Source of the DNA: Candidatus Latescibacterota bacterium | Lineage (GTDB): Bacteria; Latescibacterota; UBA2968; UBA8231 | Assembly: GCA_965223905.1 (NCBI GenBank) | Contig: CBDCXV010000011.1 | Location: 736,001-800,000 of the forward strand | Length of the DNA stretch: 64,000 bases | Reading direction: 5' to 3' | Shown: positions 9,038-15,648 of the stretch, in pieces | How positions within the stretch are numbered: position 1 is the stretch's first letter | Layout: every line of letters starts with the position of its first letter | Notes under the pieces: model-generated | The model's input: the letters and a program-made list of their open reading frames with translations, nothing else | Told to the model about the DNA's origin: nothing | Databases searched by the model: none | Made by a program: the position numbers and the translations under genes

Positions 9038-9370
9038 TCAGTCACCGTACAAAATCGAAGGGTGGCCCCACTTTAGATCCCATCCTTTCGCGCCGACGAT
9101 ATAGCGGTGGAAAGAAACGCCCGGATCGGTTTTCGTAGCTGCTTGTAGATCATCAGCTTGGTTCTGCTCGTTGGGTGAATCCATAGTATCGACTTCAACG
9201 ATCCATATTTTGCCGTCCTTGTAGGCGACTATATCGGGAATTCTACCGTTGATAGATTTCGGAGTTGGATGCGTATCTATGTGGTCAGCTTCAACATCAC
9301 AACCTGCTTGCTCAAAAACCTCGACGATTTTGTCCACAGCCAAGTTGTGGACTGTCTGTTCCCATGCCAT
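9038..9370 (-). CDS. Small PD-(D/E)xK nuclease-fold protein
   Basis: RIPDIVAY...IWIVEVDT pattern; AAGGAG SD before ATG 9370. Confidence 0.6.
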   Translation of the reverse strand: MAWEQTVHNLAVDKIVEVFEQAGCDVEADHIDTHPTPKSINGRIPDIVAYKDGKIWIVEVDTMDSPNEQNQADDLQAATKTDPGVSFHRYIVGAKGWDLKWGHPSILYGD

Positions 9371-9487
9371 TCTGAAATCTCCTTTTCGGTCTGCATCAGA
9401 GTAAGGCACACCTGATGCCAGCTCATCGCAAGGCCGTAACTCCCTGTTTCCAGGGAGACCAAGCATTGTATCAGCAGCTTTCTATTG

Positions 9488-9679
9488 TCACTGTTCCATT
9501 TCTATGCGACTACTGTAAGGACTCCCCCACAGGCATACCGAGAGTAGAACCCAGATATACCAGTGACCGCTTGTGTGCTTCGGAGGATATTGCCGGCTGT
9601 AGGTGCGGTAGAGGTTCCACCACCCAACCGCTAAGGGGATCGTCAAGGCCAAGAGAAATGCACCTACATCCTTTCCCAT
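9488..9679 (-). CDS. Small two-TM membrane protein
   Basis: Two hydrophobic segments; lies directly downstream of 9699-9923. Confidence 0.5.
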   Translation of the reverse strand: MGKDVGAFLLALTIPLAVGWWNLYRTYSRQYPPKHTSGHWYIWVLLSVCLWGSPYSSRIEMEQ

Positions 9680-9698
9680 TTAACTACCGTTGGTTTTG

Positions 9699-9923
9699 TT
9701 ATGATTTTCCGTTTTGTTCATCATTGCGGTCGAGTTCTGATCCTACTTTGTTTCCCGCCAGTAACCCCAGTGCTCCCACTATCGCCCCTAGGGGAATCGT
9801 CGCCGGCGCAGCCCAGCCACCTGTAGCGATACCTATACCAGCCCCGATCTTGGCTCCAATAGCAGCGCCAGCGGCTGCTCCGCCTGCTGTTCCAACCAAT
9901 TCCTTTTTCCTTTTCTTCTTCAT
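9699..9923 (-). CDS. Glycine-zipper small membrane protein
   Basis: GxxxG repeats (GTAGGAAAGAAIGAKIGAGIG), basic N-terminus, AAGGAG SD. Confidence 0.7.
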   Translation of the reverse strand: MKKKRKKELVGTAGGAAAGAAIGAKIGAGIGIATGGWAAPATIPLGAIVGALGLLAGNKVGSELDRNDEQNGKS

Positions 9924-9950
9924 GTCCTGTCTCCTTTTTCTGTCTCTGCC

Positions 9951-10025
9951 AAAAAAAAGACCGCGCCGGGGTCTAACCTATCGCACCGAACTCCCCCGAA
10001 GCGGTTGGCGGCGAATCTCGCCGCA
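9951..10025 (-). terminator. Two hairpins followed by a U-tract
   Basis: GCGGCGA/TCGCCGC hairpin, then an ACCGC...GCGGT stem followed by a T-run on the minus strand, downstream of 10038-10217. Confidence 0.45.
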
Positions 10026-10037
10026 CGAAAAATTCCG

Positions 10038-10217
10038 TTACTTCTTTTTCCGACCCGAGCCGGATTTGCGGCCAGACTTCGGCTGATCCTCTTTAGCAGA
10101 GGTCCCGGTCACCGGGACCCTTACGTCTTCCTCTTCCCCGGTGGCGATGCGGCACACCTGCACCGCCAGTGCAATGGGGCTGGACGGTCGAACTTCGCCG
10201 TTAGGTCCTATGGGCAT
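10038..10217 (-). CDS. Small basic protein of the MPxGPxGExRP...RIATGE type, often found next to this IS1 subgroup
   Basis: MPIGPNGEVRPSSPIALAVQVCRIATGEEED plus a Lys/Arg tail. Family link is from recall, not a search. Confidence 0.65.
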   Translation of the reverse strand: MPIGPNGEVRPSSPIALAVQVCRIATGEEEDVRVPVTGTSAKEDQPKSGRKSGSGRKKK

Positions 10218-10303
10218 GATGCCATCCTTTCCGTTAAGGTGTAACGAACGATGCGGCATCGGATTGGGAATGTCAAGCTAATACTTCGATAATCATAGAG
10301 GGA

Positions 10304-10588
10304 TCACGGCGGAAAATCCGCGAGGGCTGCCCGGCGATTGGATAGGCTTTCTTCTCGGACGTCCTCAGCCCTCAGCGGTGCGTTCATGCGTTCCCGCAAG
10401 GCGGCTCCCAAGGCGGAAAGGGTGCGTTCCCGGTCGCCTTTGCGCAGAAGAGCGTGCAAAACCTCTTCGTTTGGCTTCGGGGATCGCAGTTCATCGGAAA
10501 TGGCCTTCGGCAGGGCTTCCTTCGCTCGGCCTTGTTGCCTTTGGGGTTCCATCCAGTTTGACGGTTTTGGCACGGGGTGTTCAGTCAT
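10304..10588 (-). CDS. Hypothetical protein
   Basis: ATGA overlap with the upstream ORF; AGGAG SD. Confidence 0.55.
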   Translation of the reverse strand: MTEHPVPKPSNWMEPQRQQGRAKEALPKAISDELRSPKPNEEVLHALLRKGDRERTLSALGAALRERMNAPLRAEDVREESLSNRRAALADFPP

Positions 10589-10839
10589 TTCTCCTGGTCA
10601 AAGGCAGTGTGGTATCTTTTTGTCAGCAGAACCACGTCCTTGAATGTGGGGAATATGAACCGTTTCGCCCGGCTATCTCCAGTAGCTGTCCAGCGGTTGA
10701 TTTCGAACCTGTTGCTCTCCCGGGATTTCAGGTGGTCGCCGTCCGGGTCCTGTGCGTGCGCTTGGAGTTGCAGGCCGACTTGGATGAGGTCGTGAGCCAT
10801 TTCGAGTAGTTCAGCCCGTAGGTCTTCCGCGTCAGACAT
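10585..10839 (-). CDS. Hypothetical protein
   Basis: ORF track; operon-like spacing. Confidence 0.55.
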   Translation of the reverse strand: MSDAEDLRAELLEMAHDLIQVGLQLQAHAQDPDGDHLKSRESNRFEINRWTATGDSRAKRFIFPTFKDVVLLTKRYHTAFDQEK

Positions 10840-10897
10840 TGGATTCTGTTCCCCTGTTCAGGTTTATTGGCCGTGCCGGGGGTCTGAGACAATACCG

Positions 10898-11149
10898 TTA
10901 CTTCGGATGGTTCTCCAAATGCTCGACGTGGTATTGCCGTAACTCCGTCAACTGGCCTTTGATTTCCGTAAGAGTTTGATCCGTGTTATTCTGACTGGCC
11001 TTGATCCGCTTGCCAATGGCCTTATGGGCTTTGTTGTTAGTTTTGTTGGTCGTCTTCAGCTCGCTTTTCAGGTTGTTGCGCAGTGCTGCATACAGGGCCA
11101 CAACAGCCAAGACAATGGTCCCAACGGCAATCCAGATTTCGGAAGTCAT
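10898..11149 (-). CDS. Small protein with N-terminal TM helix and coiled coil
   Basis: IWIAVGTIVLAVVALYAAL followed by a heptad pattern. Confidence 0.65.
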   Translation of the reverse strand: MTSEIWIAVGTIVLAVVALYAALRNNLKSELKTTNKTNNKAHKAIGKRIKASQNNTDQTLTEIKGQLTELRQYHVEHLENHPK

Positions 11150-11184
11150 GGGAGGGTCCTTCGTTGGGTTGGTTCAAAATTTCT

Positions 11185-11532
11185 TCACGTACCGGAGGTT
11201 CGGTCCCTGATTCGGTTCTTTGTCCTTCTATTGGCCCAAATGGACAATCCTGACAGCCCGCCACAGGCCAAGCCGAATAATCCCAAAAGAATCGCGCCCC
11301 CCCTAGATCCATGAGGAGTTACAAGAAGCGTCACCGAGGCGCCAAATGAAGCCGTGGCAATACCGATGCAGAACGTTCCCATCCACCCTATGGTTTCGAG
11401 ACCTTCGACCTCTTCTTCGGTCAGGGAATACATTCTAAGCGTTCTCGTTTCTTGGATGACATTGACGTTGTTAGCGGAGGATGGTGAAATCTCACCTCCG
11501 CCGCCCTTTTCAGACACTGAGTTCTTGCTCAT
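11185..11532 (-). CDS. Two-TM membrane protein
   Basis: Two C-terminal hydrophobic helices and a basic tail. Confidence 0.6.
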   Translation of the reverse strand: MSKNSVSEKGGGGEISPSSANNVNVIQETRTLRMYSLTEEEVEGLETIGWMGTFCIGIATASFGASVTLLVTPHGSRGGAILLGLFGLACGGLSGLSIWANRRTKNRIRDRTSGT

Positions 11533-11824
11533 GCTTTGAGTCGGAAATGGGTTTTCCCAGATTTTTAATCCCCATCACGACGGCACTGAAAATCCTGGTA
11601 AATCCACACTTCCCGCAATGGAGCAAGATGGCGGGGAAGCACACCCTTCCATGGGGGGACTGTGTTGTCCCGAGCGACGTAAGGCTCATTAAATGTGTAT
11701 TAATGAACCACCTGTTACTACGACATTGGGAACAATTGGGACTTATCCCATTGTCTTCCATCCATTCGTGTATTCTATCTATATCTTCTTCCGTTAGCTT
11801 ACCATCAGCCTCGGGCATTCTCAA
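11510..11824 (-). CDS. Zn-ribbon protein
   Basis: CSQC...CGKCG; AAGGAGG SD. Confidence 0.65.
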   Translation of the reverse strand: MRMPEADGKLTEEDIDRIHEWMEDNGISPNCSQCRSNRWFINTHLMSLTSLGTTQSPHGRVCFPAILLHCGKCGFTRIFSAVVMGIKNLGKPISDSKHEQELSV

Positions 11825-11879
11825 GCCTCCTTAGATGACCTTACGATGATCTTACAATGATCTCATTTCGCCGTTCTCC

Positions 11880-12017
11880 TCACTCCACTCCTGTTCTGCC
11901 ATCCAGGTGGCGGTCGAGGCGGTCGTTGTGACGGTCGATTCGGCTTCCAATGTCTCGCCAAAAGGCACCCAGAGCTGCCAGTACCACGAGCATGGGAATG
12001 ATTTCCGTCCAAGTCAC
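11880..12017 (-). CDS. 45-aa TM plus coiled-coil peptide
   Basis: Manual translation MTWTEIIPMLVVLAALGAFWRDIGSRIDRHNDRLDRHLDGRTGVE; GTG start after AAGGAGG. Not in the ORF track. Confidence 0.6.
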   Translation of the reverse strand: MTWTEIIPMLVVLAALGAFWRDIGSRIDRHNDRLDRHLDGRTGVE

Positions 12018-12039
12018 CTTGGGCCTCCTTCAGGAGGGA

Positions 12040-12309
12040 TCAGCTGCCGTTGACGGGTCCGGGAGTGGGGCATGGATCGAGCCGGCCTTCCACTCTATAC
12101 AACCCCTTTTCCACATAGTCAAGGCGCACATCGATGCGGGCCAGAGCCTTGCCCTGAGCAGACAGTTCCTACTGCATGGCGTTCATCCGGGTGTCCATCA
12201 GGTCCATTCTGGAACTCAGGCTGGAGCTGAATCCCCACTGGCTGCCGATGATGGCAACCAGAAGTCCCAAGAGCACCAGAACGTCCTTCCAGTTCAGTCT
12301 GCCGTTCAT
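12040..12309 (-). pseudogene. TM plus coiled-coil protein with an in-frame TAG at codon 47
   Basis: MNGRLNWKDVLVLLGLLVAIIGSQW...RMNAMQ*ELSAQGKALARIDVRLDYVEKGLYRVEGRL. The heptad pattern continues past the stop at 12169-12171. Confidence 0.55.
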
Positions 12310-12429
12310 CTTGGGCCTCCTTCAGGATAGGTGGTCTCCCACCGCTACCCTGAATTTCTCGCCATGAATAGGGAATGTCAAGCCAAAAACCGCTTGTGGA
12401 CGCCCGTGGGGTACTGTAAGGTATGAGCC

Positions 12430-12663
12430 GTCCGCTTCTCTACACGCAGGATCCGACTGAGGTCGGGTCTCCTGCTGAATGCAATAGCCAGTAGTAGAAC
12501 CCGGCCAAGGGGTCGCACCCCGAGGCAAGGCGAATAGGCAGGACTTTCCCGCGCGTTCCTGCGTGTCAGGGAGGTGGACAAGGCCCGGCACCCTTTTTTT
12601 CGGGGTGTCGTGGTGGCCGAAAAGTCCACCTCGAAACGCGGGAAATCGGTCGTGCAACACCCC
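12430..12663 (+). ncRNA. Candidate structured, switchable RNA (C4/CI antisense-like architecture)
   Basis: 22-bp stem 12430-12451/12557-12579 with 3 G-U pairs and one bulge, internal hairpins, and competing complements at 12624-12632 and 12637-12645. Putative promoter TTGTGG-N17-TAAGGT at 12394-12422. Confidence 0.55.
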
Positions 12664-12777
12664 TCCCAGAAGCATCTCAGTAGCTACAGATCCACCTGTT
12701 CGTCACTGTCTCAAGGGACGGTCCCGGTGTGCCATACCTGGACGGCTGTCCACCGGAAGGGGTTTGTCCACTCCTTC

Positions 12778-13335
12778 TTGCGGGAATGCCGTAGGCCGGG
12801 ACCGCTCTGCTTTTTTCTGTCGTGTCTGGTGCTGATCGGTTGCGCCAGAGACAGCAGCACCACTCCTGAATCTGCCCCCCCTGCGGAGTCAGTCTCCAGA
12901 CCAGATCCAGACGATCTGGACCTTTGGAGCTACGGTTACAACAGCAGCCAAAGGGTGCACATCTTGAGACACACCGCCACCTCAGAAGGGGTGGACTGCA
13001 CGATGTGGATTGAATGCAGGGGGACTCCCAGCTTCCCGGACTTGTATTTCTGGATTCCCAGAGGAGACTTCAATGGTTGGGGAGGCACACCTGGATACGA
13101 TGGGGATTGGCCAGATCAACCGGTCATAAACCTGACATGGGGAGAAGAAAATCCAGAACCTACCAAGATGAATTTGAGCAAGAACACCTTCACTTTTCAG
13201 GACCGGAAATGGAAGGACAAGATGATGTCGAACGACATCCTGTTGATGGAATTGCCGTGGGAACAATACGGCTCACTGTATTTCTATTTCGATCTCAGAG
13301 AAGGAAGACAACTCCTCAGCTACCACTGCTTATGA
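12778..13335 (+). CDS. Putative lipoprotein
   Basis: Basic then hydrophobic signal ending in lipobox LIGC, a Pro/Ser linker and a globular domain. Start uncertain (the ORF is open from 12574). Confidence 0.6.
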   Translation: MRECRRPGPLCFFLSCLVLIGCARDSSTTPESAPPAESVSRPDPDDLDLWSYGYNSSQRVHILRHTATSEGVDCTMWIECRGTPSFPDLYFWIPRGDFNGWGGTPGYDGDWPDQPVINLTWGEENPEPTKMNLSKNTFTFQDRKWKDKMMSNDILLMELPWEQYGSLYFYFDLREGRQLLSYHCL

Positions 13336-13368
13336 ACCACATCCATACCCCTCCCAAGGAGCAACTCG

Positions 13369-13524
13369 ATGACGCTTGCCAGTGAGCTGGTGAAGAAGCT
13401 GGAAGAAGAGCTGTCAGAGACTCAGAAAAAGCTCAAAGCAGAAGAGCAGAAGTCAGACAAATGGAAGAAGAAGGCAGGCGATAGATGGCAAGAGATTGAA
13501 CGTATGAAACGCAACTCGGGTTGA
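13369..13524 (+). CDS. 51-aa charged coiled-coil protein
   Basis: Manual translation MTLASELVKKLEEELSETQKKLKAEEQKSDKWKKKAGDRWQEIERMKRNSG; AAGGAG SD. Confidence 0.6.
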   Translation: MTLASELVKKLEEELSETQKKLKAEEQKSDKWKKKAGDRWQEIERMKRNSG

Positions 13525-13525
13525 C

Positions 13526-13783
13526 TCAATCTATCAGCAGACCGCAGCATTGAATTACAAAACCGAGGACCAAAACAGATACTCCGACCTTTGCTCTTCG
13601 AGAATCCTTGAGCAGTTGCTGGACCATTGGGAGCTTCATGTGGTCTTCCCTTGTCTCTCCTACCCATCGTGAAACTCCAAGCTCGATGGCCTTATCCCTG
13701 GACATGATAATGCCTGAACCCAAAATCACAGCTCCAACAATGTCCATCAGGAGACCAGCTACCTGAATTGATTCAGTAGACAT
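13526..13783 (-). CDS. Two-TM membrane protein
   Basis: Hydrophobic N- and C-terminal helices. Confidence 0.6.
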   Translation of the reverse strand: MSTESIQVAGLLMDIVGAVILGSGIIMSRDKAIELGVSRWVGETREDHMKLPMVQQLLKDSRRAKVGVSVLVLGFVIQCCGLLID

Positions 13784-13784
13784 G

Positions 13785-14289
13785 TCAACCGGTCTTCTGT
13801 TTGGGGTCGAAGTGGATTTCCTGCTTGTCCGTGGAGAGGAAGAGCTGGTCGAGGTACCGCAGTCTGGTGTTCACGGTAGGCGAGGGAGGCACCTGCACCT
13901 TGCCGGCATGAGACAGATCGGTCCGGGAGGTGTGAGCTTCCCGGTCGGTCAGGGCGACGATGTATTTCAGTCGGGCCATAGCAAGTGCTCCGGGAGTAGG
14001 ATGTAGACCGGTTCCTGATTCCAGAAATCGCCTAAGCCTGCAGCCATGTGGGCTTCCATAAGGGTACGAATACCTGTGGCAAGTTCGATATCCAGTGTGG
14101 GGTTGGCCAGAGATTCTCGACGCATATGGGCCATATGGCGCTCATGAGCTGAACGTCCCAAGAGAGGGGGGCAGGTCGACTTTTCGGCGTCGGATGTCTT
14201 CTTTCTTTGCTCGTCGTTTCAAGTCTGAGTAATTCCGTCCAGATTGGTGTTGATTTTTTTTCTCAGAATGGTATTTTTCAAGTGCCATT
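13785..14289 (-). pseudogene. Hypothetical gene(s), probably frameshifted
   Basis: Three short overlapping ORFs (14142-14289, 13967-14161, 13785-13979). The first junction lies next to a G7 run. AAGGAG SD before ATG 14289. Confidence 0.35.
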
Positions 14290-14476
14290 AGGCACTCCTT
14301 TCTTGAGAGGGAAGGAAACGAAAGCAAGGGACTGGAGATAGCCTATGCCAAGGCTTTCGGTCCCTTCTTTCATTTTGGGGTCAAAACGTCATCATGCTGG
14401 GCAATATACGTACTTTGTTCCCAAATCTCCAGGTTCAGCCACGGAATGTCCAGGACGAATCAGATATCCCTAAAAA

Positions 14477-14489
14477 AATCAACCATTTA
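14477..14489 (+). promoter_or_regulatory. IHF consensus site near the right end of the transposon
   Basis: AATCAACCATTTA matches WATCAANNNNTTR and is preceded by an A-tract. Confidence 0.55.
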
Positions 14490-14510
14490 CCTACTGTTTG
14501 TGGATAGAAT

Positions 14511-14544
14511 TGTGGATAACCCAGGTTCAGACTGACGTACTACC
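14511..14544 (-). repeat. Right terminal inverted repeat with a DnaA box (14511-14519); second 8/9 box at 14499-14507
   Basis: Reverse complement GGTAGTACGTCAGTCTGAACCTGGGTTATCCACA. Confidence 0.93.
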
Positions 14545-15006
14545 GAAAATCCGGTTGTAGCGACCGCGGTGGTGCAACCCCAGCAACGTGCCGCCTCCGC
14601 AATCCCTGCCGAAGAACTCCATCTTGTTGCGGTAGAAAAACGGGGCGCGACTCGCAATAATCGGCCTTTGCTCGTCGCAACGGAGACCCTGTTGCTCCAG
14701 TGCATTTTGCAACCATCCGTTCCTTCAATCGCAACTGGTCGCCGTAACGGAGGTCCTACCAGCGGCACCCGCCGCACCCCGAAGTTAGGGCATTCGGAGG
14801 CTACCCGGGGGATCGGGGTGCTCGTTATGCGGTCCGCAGTCGCCTCCCAGATTCTCCCTTTCCTCCTGCGCACGGTTCGCTTCCACACGATCCCCGGGCA
14901 GCGTCCGGCGAACGATGAACTCCGAGTCGTCGATCCTGGCCCAGCCGTCACCCTGGGCCGTTAACTCGCGGATATCTAGCTCAATCCTGTCTCCGCGTCT
15001 TGGCAC
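14545..15006 (-). pseudogene. rlmD: RlmD N-terminal part (TRAM domain, Fe-S region), frameshifted
   Basis: MPRRGDRIELDIRELTAQGDG...LPGDRV, CPNFG, YRNKMEF, spread over several frames. Confidence 0.9.
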
Positions 15007-15053
15007 TGGCCGAAACCGTTACGGTGCTGAATGATGGTGAACCGAGGTACATG

Positions 15054-15107
15054 AAAAAGCGAGGCGCACGAGATGATGCCATTTTCACCATCAAAAGCGC
15101 GCCTCGC
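15054..15107 (-). terminator. Intrinsic terminator after rplQ
   Basis: GCGAGGCGC/GCGCCTCGC stem with a T5 run on the minus strand. Confidence 0.5.
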
Positions 15108-15161
15108 CTTTCGGTTGAGGGAGTGGACGCTCCCGGCCGGGTGGTTCACCCAGGGTCGTCC

Positions 15162-15581
15162 CTATTCTTCTTTCTTTTCCGTTTCCTGACTCGCGGTTGG
15201 ACCTGACGCCGGAGCACGGCTACCTGGCCTGTCGACCAACTCGATTATGCACATCTCGGCACCATCGCCACGCCTCGGCTCACCCTTGACAATCCGTGTG
15301 TACCCGCCGCTGCGGTTGGAGTAGCGCGGACCGATCTCGTCGAAAAGCTTTGCCACTATGCGCTTGTTGGCTATTGTGCGCAGCACCTGGCGACGCGCAT
15401 GCAGATCGCCCCTTTTGGCAAAGGTGATCAGACTCTCGGCGGTTCGCCTCAGTTCCTTCGCTCTCGCCGTTGTTGTATGGATAGCCTCGTGTTCGATCAA
15501 AGAGGTGACCATGTTGCCGAGCATCGCCTTGAGATGACTGCGATCGCGGCTCAGCCTGGCCTTTTTGTTCCTGTGTACCAT
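15162..15581 (-). CDS. rplQ: 50S ribosomal protein L17
   Basis: [24 protein letters not shown]. Confidence 0.98.
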   Translation of the reverse strand: MVHRNKKARLSRDRSHLKAMLGNMVTSLIEHEAIHTTTARAKELRRTAESLITFAKRGDLHARRQVLRTIANKRIVAKLFDEIGPRYSNRSGGYTRIVKGEPRRGDGAEMCIIELVDRPGSRAPASGPTASQETEKKEE

Positions 15582-15648
15582 TGCTTTTTCGTGGGATCCG
15601 TGGTCACGCCTCGTCCGACCACGACGAACCGGTTCGGGATGAGTTGCG

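Larger units (their letters stand above)
6597..14544. mobile_element. 7948-bp IS1-family cargo transposon inserted in rlmD
   Basis: 8-bp direct repeat GAAAATCC at 6589-6596 and 14545-14552. 34-bp terminal IRs at 6597-6630 and 14511-14544 (29/34 identical). Removing the element plus one TSD copy restores the RlmD reading RYNRIFDVLDCRLQ. Confidence 0.95.

Noticed and set aside
12470-12545. Self-cleaving ribozyme (HDV-like, twister, hammerhead) or tRNA
   Set aside because: Only partial motif resemblance (GGCGAAU, T-loop-like hairpin); the required core pairings and cloverleaf could not be built.
14477-14519. oriC or plasmid origin suggested by the DnaA boxes and IHF site
   Set aside because: Only two boxes here, embedded in a transposon end, with no dnaA/rep gene or clear unwinding element.
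6597-14544. Integron cassette array or prophage as an explanation for the small ORFs
   Set aside because: No recurring attC-like sites, integrase or phage structural genes; the IR and TSD boundaries indicate DDE transposition.
6597-14544. RNA-guided transposon (TnpB/IscB, CAST, IS110 bridge RNA) or retron
   Set aside because: No RuvC, Cas, IS110 recombinase or reverse transcriptase ORF is recognisable in the element.
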